A stretch of DNA of 46,479 bases from Gammaproteobacteria bacterium (GCA_027292775.1 JAPUGL010000073.1:1-46479); one strand, 5' to 3'. Counted from the stretch's first letter, positions 27,316-37,127 are shown. The notes: generated from the letters alone by a model not told the origin. A program made the numbers and translations.

Positions 27316-27711
27316 ATGGGTAGAAATCAGCCGACAATCGGTACTGTCGCGCGCCAGGTTGGCGTCAATGTTGAAACAATCCGCTATTACCAGCGTATTG
27401 GCTTGGTCAAAGAGCCGCCAAAAAACGGCGGTTTTCGCTTTTACTCGGACAAGGCGGTCACCAGACTGTTATATATCCGCAGTCTGAAGAAACTGGGATT
27501 CACTCTGCGTGAGATAACCAACCTGCTGGAAGCTGGCACCAAAAACTGTAGTGAGGTCAGTGCAATACTGATAAACAAGAGGTCGGAAGTACTGCAAAAA
27601 ATAGAGCAGATGCGCGACGCGGCCGAGAAACTCAAACAGATGGAAATTGTTTGCCGGGAGCAATCAGCCAACGGGTCTGACGCCTGTCCGCTTGTTCCCG
27701 AATATGATTGA
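27316..27711 (+). CDS. MerR-family transcriptional regulator (metal/redox-sensor type)
   Basis: TIGTVARQVGVNVETIRYYQRIGLV is the MerR HTH. A coiled-coil dimerisation helix follows. Cys78, Cys113 and Cys124 (ending ACPLV) are laid out like the Hg-binding cysteines of MerR. Confidence 0.85.
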   Translation: MGRNQPTIGTVARQVGVNVETIRYYQRIGLVKEPPKNGGFRFYSDKAVTRLLYIRSLKKLGFTLREITNLLEAGTKNCSEVSAILINKRSEVLQKIEQMRDAAEKLKQMEIVCREQSANGSDACPLVPEYD

Positions 27712-27867
27712 CCCACCTACGCCCTGACTTCCACTCTTCGCCACCGGCCCTGCCAGCAATCTGCCGGGGAAAATCCCGTGTGCAAACAAGGATCAAGCAA
27801 GAGTGCGAGCGCATTTATGAATAATCCGGGTTAGAGTAGTTGCATTAGCCAACGACCAGGTGCTGCA

Positions 27868-28215
27868 GTGGGCCGATTTGCACGCAAATCATGCTTGTTC
27901 CTGATTCTTTTTTTGCCTTTCTCACCCGCCGGTGCCGAGGCTTACCTTACGGTGGACGACTACCGGCAACTTGATGCCAGTCATCAACGCGCCTGGATTG
28001 CCGGCGTTGTGGATGGCTTGCTCCTGATGTCGCAAGGCAGCAATTTAAGCGGTCGGCGCTGGCTGCTCGACTGCATCCGCGAACGTACTATGGATCAACT
28101 GCACCAGGCGTTTGCAGAATATATCAAGGCCAACGCGGACTATTGGCAATATGCGGCGGCAGGCGAGTTCGCAATGGCAATGAACGAATCCTGTCCTAAA
28201 ACACCTTTCTGGTGA
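27868..28215 (+). CDS. Small secreted protein of unknown function (possibly Rap1a/Tai4-like fold)
   Basis: GTG start. Signal peptide MGRFARKSCLFLILFLPFSPAGA/EA. The mature part has the pattern WIAGVVDG...C-x(n)-Q...YI.AN...A...A....CP with two Cys, reminiscent of periplasmic Rap1a-type immunity proteins. The family call comes from memory of the motif pattern only. Confidence 0.5.
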   Translation: MGRFARKSCLFLILFLPFSPAGAEAYLTVDDYRQLDASHQRAWIAGVVDGLLLMSQGSNLSGRRWLLDCIRERTMDQLHQAFAEYIKANADYWQYAAAGEFAMAMNESCPKTPFW

Positions 28216-28250
28216 TTTTTTTTCTGTGAGGAATTGAATCCCCCGGCCAT

Positions 28251-29180
28251 TCAGGTCAGGTTTTTTCTTGGATCGAAGCCGAGTTCGTCCCGCATCTGCT
28301 TGTAGATGCTTCGGGATTTCGCGCTGTCAGCCGGCGGCGCGACGATTTTCAAGACGACGAATTGATCGCCCGCGGAGTTTCCAGGCAAGCCTCGGCCCTT
28401 TAGCCGCAGGCGTGAATCTGTCTGTGAACCCGGTGGAATTTTCAACGATACCTTGCCGCCGAGCGTGGGAACCTCGATCGTGCTTCCCATCGCGGCTTCC
28501 CAGGGCGCAACCGGCAAGTCAAGGTAAATGTCTTTCCCGTCGTCACTGAAAATTCGGTGTGGCAAAAAATCAAGCTCCAGAAACAGGTCTCCGTTTGCCC
28601 CGCCGCCGGCGCCCTTGCCTCCCTGGCCGGCCAGCCGAATCTTCTGGCCGTTGATAACTCCTTTGGGGATTGTTACTTGCAACGTCCGCTTCGCCGTTGA
28701 CATGCCGGCCGACTGGCTCAACTCGATGCTGCGACTGCTTCCACTATAGGCGTCTTCCAGGCTGATCCTGACTTTGGCCTGGTGGTCCGGGCCGCGGGCA
28801 GCGAAACCGTGTCGGAATCCGTGACCCGATGGCGGTGAACGGCCGCCGACAGCGCCGCCAAAGAGCGATTCGAAGAAATCACTGAATGTGCTGGTGTCGC
28901 CCGAATGGGTGAACGAAAAACCGGAGTTCCAGCTTGGCGGCGGTCTGAATTCCTGACCCTGCTTCCAGCTACTGCCAAATTGGTTGTAGGCGGATCTTTT
29001 CTCCGGATCCCTCAGGACTTCGTAGGCTTCGCCAAGCTCCTTGAAACGTTCTTCGGCATTCTTCTCCTTGCTGACATCGGGATGATATTTTCTGGCGCTC
29101 CGACGGTAGGCTTTTTTTATCTCATCCTGACTTGCGTCTCGATCCACGCCGAGAATTTTGTAGTAATCCTGATATTTCAT
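28251..29180 (-). CDS. cbpA: Curved-DNA-binding DnaJ-class co-chaperone
   Basis: J domain [69 protein letters not shown], a Gly/Phe-rich linker, no zinc-finger CxxCxGxG repeats, and C-terminal DnaJ_C domains. The ATG at 29180 has GAGG upstream. Confidence 0.9.
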   Translation of the reverse strand: MKYQDYYKILGVDRDASQDEIKKAYRRSARKYHPDVSKEKNAEERFKELGEAYEVLRDPEKRSAYNQFGSSWKQGQEFRPPPSWNSGFSFTHSGDTSTFSDFFESLFGGAVGGRSPPSGHGFRHGFAARGPDHQAKVRISLEDAYSGSSRSIELSQSAGMSTAKRTLQVTIPKGVINGQKIRLAGQGGKGAGGGANGDLFLELDFLPHRIFSDDGKDIYLDLPVAPWEAAMGSTIEVPTLGGKVSLKIPPGSQTDSRLRLKGRGLPGNSAGDQFVVLKIVAPPADSAKSRSIYKQMRDELGFDPRKNLT

Positions 29181-29300
29181 TTCAAGCCTCGTCTGCAGCA
29201 AGATCATGGCACACCAGGAACCGGTCGTTTTGGCAACCGGGACATGTCACTCCATTATGGCCCTGTGTTGGCGGCTTCGGTGTTGCATCCAAGTTTAGCC

Positions 29301-29345
29301 TGAATACTTCAGCAAGGCGCTAACCGCCTTGCTGAAATATTCAGC
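29301..29345. repeat. 45-nt near-perfect palindrome in the divergent cbpA / lipoprotein intergenic region
   Basis: CTGAATACTTCAGCAAGGCG-CTAAC-CGCCTTGCTGAAATATTCAG. The arms are 20 nt with one mismatch, around a 5-nt centre. Confidence 0.85.
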
Positions 29346-29394
29346 TTCCCCTTTTATACAAAGCTCGGGCCGTAAAAACTGATACAGTCGAAGC

Positions 29395-29793
29395 ATGCCC
29401 GGCCGGCAAAAAAAGATTGTCAGAGAAACGTTGATCGGAGCCGCGATTTTGCTTGTCGCTGGGTCATGCACCAGCGTACCGGCTGGCGTGTCGGACTCCC
29501 CCGGATCGCTATCCGTTATATCCGGCGATCTCAGGTTGCGTTTTAACAGCCCCGTGAATGTTTATTTGCGAAAAGTTGACGATACCCGGCTTGGCATATT
29601 TAAAAACCGGGTACGCGTGGCGCCGGGCTCACACGTTTTGCTGGTCGATTGCAAAGTCGAGCATGCGGACGGCACATCGCGATATGTCCTGAATGTGACC
29701 ACTGTTGCCGGCGTGGATTACCGCTTGCAGGCGGTGCTGGCCAGCGGTAACCGTCGCTGTTCGGCGGTGGAAATGGTCGAAACTCCCCACTGA
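29395..29793 (+). CDS. Hypothetical lipoprotein
   Basis: Signal peptide with lipobox LVAGSC. The mature part of about 110 aa is beta-rich and matches no family I recognise. Confidence 0.55.
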   Translation: MPGRQKKIVRETLIGAAILLVAGSCTSVPAGVSDSPGSLSVISGDLRLRFNSPVNVYLRKVDDTRLGIFKNRVRVAPGSHVLLVDCKVEHADGTSRYVLNVTTVAGVDYRLQAVLASGNRRCSAVEMVETPH

Positions 29794-29943
29794 AATCGCT
29801 TTCCTTTCCGTAGTTCGGTCCACCATCCGGCGGTAATGCGAACTGCGTCACACTGCGTGACTTTTCGGCAGCCTATCATGTCAGCTTCCCGGGCCAGTGT
29901 TTCCGGGCAGTCTTGGGCAAGAAGCAACAGCGGGAGCAACCGT

Positions 29944-31311
29944 ATGGAAGCCACAATGAATGGCCGCAAAGGAATATCGGTCAATTGGGAGGGCTCTGCG
30001 ATCTGCCGTCCAATGATAGTGGTTAAGCCCGAACGTATTTCCGAACTGATTGACATCATCAACAACGAAAAAAAGTATCCAACGCCGGTACGGGCTGTCG
30101 GGTTTCAACATTCTATGACCCGTTGTGCGGTCGCCGATGGTGGAACGATCGTCGATATGCGCAACTTCGACCGGATACTGGAATTCGGGCAACGTCACGT
30201 TCGGGTGCAGGCCGGTATCCGTATTCACGACCTGGTCAAGGCATTGGACAATCGTGGGCTTCAGCTTTGCGCCTGTCCGGAATTTGGTGATATCAGTGCC
30301 GGCAGCGTGGCTTGCACATCGAATCGATACATATCTTCGCAAGGCATTCTGGGACAACTTTCCTCGACCGTGGTCGGAATGAAGTTGGTGACCCCCCTGG
30401 GAACGAAGCTCAACCTGACGGCCAAGCAGCCGGATATGCTCAACATCATGCGCAGCAGCTTCGGTCTGCTGGGCATTCTTTACGAAGTAACTTTCGCGGT
30501 GCGCGACAAGATCGGCTTCGTGGTCGAACGCCGGCAAATGGACATCGATGACCTGTCGCTGGCGATGGCCGGATTAAAAAGTGACGGCACGGGCGTCAGG
30601 TTGACGCTTTACCCGTTCTCCGGCAAAGCACAGCTTGAGACCCGGCGTTCCGTGAAACTGGGAACGGAAACCAGGCAGTGGATTCCGACTTTGCGTGCAT
30701 GGGGCTGGAATTGCTGGGTGCCGTTTGTGGCCCAGTTATTGAAGCGGCTGATACCAAGCAGCCGCCTGCGTGGCAAACAGCTCGATATCCTGTTGTTCCA
30801 GGCACAAAAAACGTTTGCAAGACTATTTCCCGACCGTACGACGGAAATGTCGGCAGTTTGCCTGCCAAGCTCTCGTCTGCCCAAATGGGGGAGATGCACT
30901 TATACGACCTGGGCATTTCCGGCCGATGATTTCTCAATTCTGGCCGAAAAATATGTCGCTTTCTGCCGCCAATACGAACGCGAACATCGTTTCCGCTGCG
31001 ATCTCCCGACCAAGGCGGTTTTGGTGCCAAAAGACCCCGCGAGCCTGCTTTCCTATGCGGCTGATGGGGACGTCTATACGCTTGATGTGTTTTGCAGCGG
31101 TGGCAAGGGCTGGGAAGATTTTCTAATCGACCTGAATCAATTTTGCTCAGCCAACGGCGGTGTGCCGCTACTCAATCAGACCAAACTTCTGTCACAACGG
31201 CAGGCGGTCATGGGACTGGGCCGCAAGCTGGTGACCTTCAAGCGACTGCGACGGACTGTAGATCGTCAGAACCGCCTGTCGAACACCTTCTACCAGCCCT
31301 TGGTCGGCTGA
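29944..31311 (+). CDS. FAD-binding oxidoreductase (PCMH-type FAD_binding_4; sugar-1,4-lactone oxidase-like)
   Basis: ICRPMIVVKPERISELIDIINNEKKYPTPVRAVGFQHSMT...GGTIVDMRNFDRIL...VRVQAGIRIHDLVKAL is typical of the FAD_binding_4 domain. The ATG at 29944 has GGGAG 8 nt upstream. The track start at 29836 looks like an extension. Confidence 0.8.
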   Translation: MEATMNGRKGISVNWEGSAICRPMIVVKPERISELIDIINNEKKYPTPVRAVGFQHSMTRCAVADGGTIVDMRNFDRILEFGQRHVRVQAGIRIHDLVKALDNRGLQLCACPEFGDISAGSVACTSNRYISSQGILGQLSSTVVGMKLVTPLGTKLNLTAKQPDMLNIMRSSFGLLGILYEVTFAVRDKIGFVVERRQMDIDDLSLAMAGLKSDGTGVRLTLYPFSGKAQLETRRSVKLGTETRQWIPTLRAWGWNCWVPFVAQLLKRLIPSSRLRGKQLDILLFQAQKTFARLFPDRTTEMSAVCLPSSRLPKWGRCTYTTWAFPADDFSILAEKYVAFCRQYEREHRFRCDLPTKAVLVPKDPASLLSYAADGDVYTLDVFCSGGKGWEDFLIDLNQFCSANGGVPLLNQTKLLSQRQAVMGLGRKLVTFKRLRRTVDRQNRLSNTFYQPLVG

Positions 31312-31419
31312 AAAAGCGCGTACAATCGCCGGCCACAAATCCGGGCTCTGTTATCATTTGTACTGTAGTTTCAGGACCTGGCCTTCCTGTGACCAAGATG
31401 GTAGCCGCCGGAGTGCGCT

Positions 31420-31818
31420 ATGGGACCAATTAGTTTGCTGGGCAATCTGTTGTGGCTGTTTCTCGGTCCGGGCATTGTCTGTTTTCTCTTTTGGGCCATC
31501 GCGGGCGTCATCATGGCCCTGACGATAGTCGGCATGCCCTTTGCGATCGCCTGTTTCCGGATCGCCGGGTTTGCGGCGCTTCCATTTGGCCGAATCCTGG
31601 TCGATGCCGAGGAAGTCGGTGAGGAAAGAATTTTCGGCACAACGTTTTTTGCCATACTGTGGATGTTACTGGCAGGGGTTTGGTTGACGTTGTTTCACCT
31701 AATCATCGGATTTCTTTTTTTCATCACCATTATTGGTATCCCATTTGCACTCGCCCATTTCAAGCTGGCGATGGTCTCGTTCAACCCGCTGGGGAAACGG
31801 ATCGCTTATCCCGGATAA
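31420..31818 (+). CDS. yccF: Inner-membrane protein YccF (DUF307)
   Basis: Two copies of the motif (ALTIVGMPFAIACFRIAGFAALPFG and FFITIIGIPFALAHFKLAMVSFNPLG), 132 aa. Confidence 0.85.
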   Translation: MGPISLLGNLLWLFLGPGIVCFLFWAIAGVIMALTIVGMPFAIACFRIAGFAALPFGRILVDAEEVGEERIFGTTFFAILWMLLAGVWLTLFHLIIGFLFFITIIGIPFALAHFKLAMVSFNPLGKRIAYPG

Positions 31819-31950
31819 TCGCTCCGCCGGCCGCTGCTCCGGGCAAAGCGCTGCATAGCGAGGACCCCGGCAAGGGAGTCTTGTCGGCGGCAGGCACGAC
31901 TGGATACAATGCCGCTCCGCCAGTGTGGCCAGGCCAAATCCGGAAATTAC

Positions 31951-33582
31951 ATGTCCAGTTCCATTGTCAGCACACCCGCCCCGTTCAACGAAGCCATCGG
32001 CGCCTATGCGCCAGGGAGCGCTGAGCGTGCATCTTTGAAAGCCAGGCTCGCGGCCTTGATGGACCAGCAGTTGGATATCCCGGTTGCGATCGGTGAGCGC
32101 GAAATTCACACCGGCAGGCTGGCAGAGAGCAGACCACCACACGACCATGGCCATTTACTGGGCAGATATCACGAGGCCGGAGAAAAAGAAGTCGCACTCG
32201 CGATCGAATCATCGGCCAGCGTAAAGAATCACTGGTCGTCGATGAACTGGGAAGACCGCGCGGCTATTTTTCTGAAGGCAGCCGACCTGCTCGCCGGACC
32301 GTATCGTGACGAGATCAATGCGGCGACCATGCTTTGCCAGAGCAAGACGGTGTTCCAGGCGGAGATAGACGCAGCTTGTGAGTTGGTGGATTTTTGGCGC
32401 TTCAACGTGCACTTCATGGAGCAGCTGTACGCGGTGCAGCCGGAATCCGCCGATGGCATGTGGAACACCATGGACTACCGGCCTTTGGAAGGATTTGTTT
32501 TCGCTGTGTCGCCGTTCAATTTCACATCGATTGCCGGAAACCTGCCGACCGCACCCGCGATAATGGGTAACACGGTGTTGTGGAAACCATCGTCGACCCA
32601 GACCTATAGTGCCTGGGTCATCATGAAGGTTTTACACGAGGCGGGCCTGCCCGCAGGCGTGATCAGCTTCCTGCCGGGCAAAGGGGCCGAGATCGGGGGG
32701 CCGGTCCTGGCAAGCCCCGATCTTGCCGGGATACATTTTACCGGCAGTACCCAGACATTCAGGCATTTATGGCGGTCGGTCGGGGAAAACATCGACCGCT
32801 ACCATAGTTATCCGCGGCTGGTCGGAGAGACCGGCGGAAAGAATTTCGTGTTCGCCCATCCCAGCGCTCATGTCCAGTCTCTGGTGACCGCACTGGTGCG
32901 CGGCGCATTCGAGTACCAGGGACAGAAATGCTCGGCGGTAAGTCGGGCGTTCATACCGGCCAGCCTCTGGGATGAAGTCATATCCGGCATGCAGGAACAA
33001 ATGAGCCGGATAGAAATGGGCTCTCCGCTGGAGTTCAATAATTTCGTGTGTGCAGTAATCGACAAGAAGGCGTACGACAAGATCAGCGGCTATATCGCCC
33101 ACGTAAAGAACAGCGATGATCACCGGATACTGGCAGGCGGTGAATGCGACGACAGCCAGGGGTATTTCATCAGTCCGACCCTGGTGGAAGCCGACAGCCC
33201 GCGGGCCAAGCTGATGTGCGAGGAAATCTTCGGTCCGATCCTGGCCGTGCATCGTTATGCAGACCAGCGCATGGACGAAACACTTGCGGAAGTTGACAAA
33301 GCGAGCCCCTACGCACTGACTGGCGCGATTTTCTGCCGCGACCGAGCGGAGATAAACCGAATGAGCACGGCGCTGCGCTTCGCCGCCGGCAATTTCTATA
33401 TCAACGACAAACCGACTGGCGCCGTGGTTGGTCAACAGCCATTTGGCGGCGGCCGCGCCAGTGGGACCAACGACAAGGCCGGCAGCATTTACAACCTGGT
33501 GCGCTGGATGTCGCCACGGGTCATCAAGGAAACTTTCGCACCGCCGCTGGATTTTCCCTACCCGCACATGGATGAGGACTAG
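31951..33582 (+). CDS. pruA: L-glutamate gamma-semialdehyde (1-pyrroline-5-carboxylate) dehydrogenase
   Basis: Aldehyde dehydrogenase fold with VGETGGKNF and EYQGQKCSAVSR (catalytic Cys) and EEIFGPIL. The N-terminal segment is typical of stand-alone P5CDH. About 540 aa. Confidence 0.88.
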   Translation: MSSSIVSTPAPFNEAIGAYAPGSAERASLKARLAALMDQQLDIPVAIGEREIHTGRLAESRPPHDHGHLLGRYHEAGEKEVALAIESSASVKNHWSSMNWEDRAAIFLKAADLLAGPYRDEINAATMLCQSKTVFQAEIDAACELVDFWRFNVHFMEQLYAVQPESADGMWNTMDYRPLEGFVFAVSPFNFTSIAGNLPTAPAIMGNTVLWKPSSTQTYSAWVIMKVLHEAGLPAGVISFLPGKGAEIGGPVLASPDLAGIHFTGSTQTFRHLWRSVGENIDRYHSYPRLVGETGGKNFVFAHPSAHVQSLVTALVRGAFEYQGQKCSAVSRAFIPASLWDEVISGMQEQMSRIEMGSPLEFNNFVCAVIDKKAYDKISGYIAHVKNSDDHRILAGGECDDSQGYFISPTLVEADSPRAKLMCEEIFGPILAVHRYADQRMDETLAEVDKASPYALTGAIFCRDRAEINRMSTALRFAAGNFYINDKPTGAVVGQQPFGGGRASGTNDKAGSIYNLVRWMSPRVIKETFAPPLDFPYPHMDED

Positions 33583-33626
33583 AGTCCGGCCGCACGCGAC
33601 TGACAATCGCGAGCCAGAGGCTATAG

Positions 33627-34385
33627 ATGCATGACTTCCTGACCGGCCTGAAATACGGTTTTCGGGGCTTGCCCTGGCTTTGGCGAAAAGGTGTTCGCCT
33701 GTATGTCGTTGTTCCCCTCCTGATCAACTCGCTGCTCTTCGCCGTTGCCATAATCTGGGCGGGGAGCCGCATCGACGGAATGGTTTCGCGGTTGCAGGAT
33801 GCGGCGCCCGGCTACCTGGACTGGATCATATGGCTGCTATGGCCAGTTTTCGTGTTGCTGGCCCTGCTTGGCCTGTTCTTTGGTTTTACTTTGCTGGCCA
33901 ATCTGATCGGCTCACCATTTAATGGCCTGCTGGCGGAACGTGTTGAAAGATTAGTCGATCCCGAGTCCCACCCGCCAGACAGCCTGTCATTAGTCACGGA
34001 GTTGTTTAGCGCGCCGCTGGAGGAGCTAAGGAAACTGATGCATGTCTTTTTGCTGGCGGTCCCTCTGATATTGCTCTGGCTGGTGCCGCCGGCATATCCG
34101 TTTTTGCCTTTTTTGTGGGCCGCCTTCGGTGCCTGGGTCCTGGCGCTGGAATACCTGGACTATCCGCTGAGCAACTGGAACCTGACCACCCGCCGACAAC
34201 GCGCCCTGTTGAGAAAGCGGCGCATGCTCGCGCTGGGTTTCGGTAGTGGCGTTACCGTGCTTACCACGATACCGGTGTTGAATTTTGTCGCCATGCCGGC
34301 TGCGGTCATCGGCGGAACCTTGCTTTGGTCGGAGCAACTCAAGATGGAAATACTGGCCGGTGGGGGCGACGACGAATCGGGTTGA
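33627..34385 (+). CDS. cysZ: Sulfate transporter CysZ
   Basis: LTGLKYGFRGLPWLWRKGVRLYVVVPLLINSLLF... and EYLDYPLSNW. 252 aa polytopic membrane protein. Confidence 0.85.
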   Translation: MHDFLTGLKYGFRGLPWLWRKGVRLYVVVPLLINSLLFAVAIIWAGSRIDGMVSRLQDAAPGYLDWIIWLLWPVFVLLALLGLFFGFTLLANLIGSPFNGLLAERVERLVDPESHPPDSLSLVTELFSAPLEELRKLMHVFLLAVPLILLWLVPPAYPFLPFLWAAFGAWVLALEYLDYPLSNWNLTTRRQRALLRKRRMLALGFGSGVTVLTTIPVLNFVAMPAAVIGGTLLWSEQLKMEILAGGGDDESG

Positions 34386-34443
34386 ACCGGCTATGATATC
34401 GAGTCACAAGGGCCTGTGCGCACAGACTGTTATGAGGTATTTC

Positions 34444-36153
34444 ATGAGCAAGGCATTTTTCCCAACCAGAGTTTTCGGCGTGGTCGCCATGCTGGCGCTG
34501 ACAGCTTGTGGTCAGCCCGGTGACAAACAGGACGAGCTGCAGCAAGGCTCAGCGGAAGCGACCGGCAGCAATGCTCAGCTTACCCAGGATAGCCGGAAAA
34601 ACTGGCTTGAAAAGCGCAAGGAAATTTACGCGCCGTTCGAGTTGACGGCCGACCTCTCGAGCCTCACTGACCGGCAGAAGAAAATGTTGGTCAAGCTGAT
34701 CCAGGCGTCGGAAATCATGGACGAGTTGTTCTGGAATCAGGCGCTGGGTCCGAAGGCGACGTTTTTGTCTGCGATCCACGATCCGGACGCGCGCAAATTT
34801 GCCGAATTGAACTATGGACCGTGGGACCGGCTGGCAAACGAAATGCCGTTCATCGAGGGGTATTCTGAAAAGCCGCTGGGTGCAAATCTTTACCCGGCGG
34901 ACATGACGGTAGAAGAATTTGAAACAGCCGAACTGCCTGGAAAAGACGACCTCTATACGCTTCTTCGCAGAAACACACAGGGCGAACTCTACGTCGTGCC
35001 GTACAGCGAAGCCTACGCGGAACAGTTAAATGCGGCGGCAGAACTTTTGCGGGAAGCTGCCGCGCTGGCCGATGACAGCGAGTTTTCAGAGTACTTGAAA
35101 GCCCGCGCAGAGGCTTTCCTCAGCAACGATTACTATGCCGGCGACATGTTGTGGATGGATATGAAAAACAACCCGATAGATGTTGTCATCGGGCCGATCG
35201 AGACCTACGAGGACCGCCTGTTTGGTTACAAGGCAGCCTTTGAATCCTACGTATTGCTCAAAGACTTGTCCTGGTCCAGGCGGCTGAGCCGCTATGTCAG
35301 TTTTCTGCCGCAACTACAACAGGACTTGCCGGTGACGGACGAATACAAAGCCGAATCGCCGGGTACGGATTCGGACCTGAATGCCTATGATGTTCTGTAT
35401 TACGCGGGTCACAGTAATGCCGGCTCAAAAACGATCGCGATCAATCTGCCGAATGACGAGCGAGTGCAATTGGCAAAAGGCACGCGGCGTTTACAGCTAA
35501 AAAATGCGATGCAGGCAAAGTTCGATAAGATCATGCTGCCGATTGCAGGCGAACTGATCGTTGAAGAGCAGAGGCCTCATGTGACATTTGCTGCGTTTTT
35601 TGCAAATACCATGTTTCATGAAGTGGCACATGGGCTGGGCATAAAAAACACAATCACTGACAAAGGCACGGTTCGCATCGCCCTCAGGGAGCTTGCCTCC
35701 GCAATGGAAGAAGGAAAGGCCGATGTACTGGGTGTTTATATGATTACCAGCCTGTACGAGCAGGGCGAGCTGAGCGACGGTGCATTGATGGATTACTACG
35801 TAACTTTCCTCGCGGGCATATTCCGTTCGATCCGCTTTGGCGCATCGAGCGCACACGGTATAGCGAATATGGTGCGCTTCAATTTTTTCCAGGATCTGGG
35901 TGCGTTCAGCCGCGACCCGGATAGCGGTCAGTACCGTGTTGATTTTGAGCGTATGCAGGAAAGTATAGCGGCGTTATCGGCGCTTATTCTGACTCTCCAG
36001 GGCGACGGTGACTACGATAACGCCAGCCGGTTGTTGGCGGACAAGGGCAAAATCGGCGACGAATTGCAGGCGGATCTCGACCGGCTGGCAGCGGCCGGAA
36101 TTCCTGTCGATATCGATTTCGTCCAGGGCGTCGATATCCTGGGGCTGGACTGA
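34444..36153 (+). CDS. Zn-dependent peptidase lipoprotein, DPP III (M49)-like
   Basis: Lipobox LALTACG. Motifs FHEVAHGLG and EEGKADVLG resemble the two M49 zinc-binding motifs (HExxxH / EExxxE-like). The ATG at 34444 is chosen over the track start, which lies inside cysZ. Confidence 0.7.
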   Translation: MSKAFFPTRVFGVVAMLALTACGQPGDKQDELQQGSAEATGSNAQLTQDSRKNWLEKRKEIYAPFELTADLSSLTDRQKKMLVKLIQASEIMDELFWNQALGPKATFLSAIHDPDARKFAELNYGPWDRLANEMPFIEGYSEKPLGANLYPADMTVEEFETAELPGKDDLYTLLRRNTQGELYVVPYSEAYAEQLNAAAELLREAAALADDSEFSEYLKARAEAFLSNDYYAGDMLWMDMKNNPIDVVIGPIETYEDRLFGYKAAFESYVLLKDLSWSRRLSRYVSFLPQLQQDLPVTDEYKAESPGTDSDLNAYDVLYYAGHSNAGSKTIAINLPNDERVQLAKGTRRLQLKNAMQAKFDKIMLPIAGELIVEEQRPHVTFAAFFANTMFHEVAHGLGIKNTITDKGTVRIALRELASAMEEGKADVLGVYMITSLYEQGELSDGALMDYYVTFLAGIFRSIRFGASSAHGIANMVRFNFFQDLGAFSRDPDSGQYRVDFERMQESIAALSALILTLQGDGDYDNASRLLADKGKIGDELQADLDRLAAAGIPVDIDFVQGVDILGLD

Positions 36154-36161
36154 GCGGACCC

Positions 36162-36695
36162 GTGCGAGCCGCAATCAACAACCAGTGTATATGGCATGGC
36201 GGCAGGCTCGTTTTGCTGTCGCTCCTTTTGTTTTCGATTGCCGGGGCCGCGATCGTAGAAGAAAGCGACTGGACGGCCGATAAGGTGCTGGTTCTGAAGG
36301 CCCAGCGAAAACTGTTTCTGATCAAAGACGATCGCATTTTGAAAGCGATCGATATTCGCCTCGGCCTGGTTCCCGATGAAAAAAAATTAAACGAAGGGGA
36401 TTTCCGCACGCCAGAGGGTTCATATTTACTCGATCGCCGAAATTTGAACAGCGATTACTTTTTGTCCATCCATATCAGTTATCCCAATGCGCAAGACCTG
36501 TCGGAAGCGCGAGGGACGGGGTTATCGCCCGGTGGAAACATCATGATTCATGGCCTGCCAAACGAAAGGCAACATGAGCGGGAGTATTACTCCGGTTGGG
36601 ACTGGACCGATGGTTGTATCGCGGTATCCAATACCGACATGGTGGATATCTGGATGATGACCGGCGTCGATACGCCGATCGAAATTCTTCCCTGA
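36162..36695 (+). CDS. L,D-transpeptidase (YkuD-domain) family protein
   Basis: Catalytic signature IMIHGLPNE...WTDGCIAVSNTDMVDIW (HG...GC). N-terminal signal or anchor sequence. GTG start 8 nt after the previous stop. Confidence 0.8.
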   Translation: MRAAINNQCIWHGGRLVLLSLLLFSIAGAAIVEESDWTADKVLVLKAQRKLFLIKDDRILKAIDIRLGLVPDEKKLNEGDFRTPEGSYLLDRRNLNSDYFLSIHISYPNAQDLSEARGTGLSPGGNIMIHGLPNERQHEREYYSGWDWTDGCIAVSNTDMVDIWMMTGVDTPIEILP

Positions 36696-36882
36696 TCCCT
36701 GCTGCTTGTGATTCCCTCCCGGGGCTGTATCGGCCGTTTCTTGAGTTCCCGGACCATCCCACAAGCCCTTGTTTTTTTGATAAACCGTTGAAAATCAACA
36801 AGTTCAGTTGACGCTGATTGTGAACCAGTTCCTGTTTTGGGACAGTCCAGCCAACTACTGTAAAGATCAAGGATTCACCAGG

Positions 36883-37116
36883 ATGGTGTGTATGGGTCAG
36901 CACGACAGAAATCGCGATGAGAAACGATTACAGGCAGCCCGCCGGCCCGCCAGGGCCGATGACGAAGGCTGGGACGCGTATCGTAGTTGGTTGGGTCAGG
37001 TCGCCGGGACCCGGGGCCGTCGCGTGATGGCTGACCGTTCGATTTACACGCTGCAAGGGTACAAAGACTGGGCGCACCGGATTCGCAAGGATTGGGACCC
37101 GGATTCGACTGAGTAA
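36883..37116 (+). CDS. Hypothetical small charged protein, convergent with the ParA-like gene
   Basis: ATG at 36883 or 36892. The product is Arg/Asp/Trp-rich (…EGWDAYRSWLGQVAG…SIYTLQGYKDWAHRIRKDWDPDSTE) and looks more protein-like than the antisense ORF 36875-37219. No family assignment. Confidence 0.4.
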   Translation: MVCMGQHDRNRDEKRLQAARRPARADDEGWDAYRSWLGQVAGTRGRRVMADRSIYTLQGYKDWAHRIRKDWDPDSTE

Positions 37117-37127
37117 TCAGCGAACCA

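Noticed and set aside
28216-28250. Expected cbpM (the MerR-like modulator usually found downstream of cbpA)
   Set aside because: No minus-strand ORF follows cbpA. The space is occupied by a plus-strand secreted-protein gene. The nearby MerR-type gene at 27316 is on the other strand, is not in the operon, and has a full MerR HTH rather than CbpM features.
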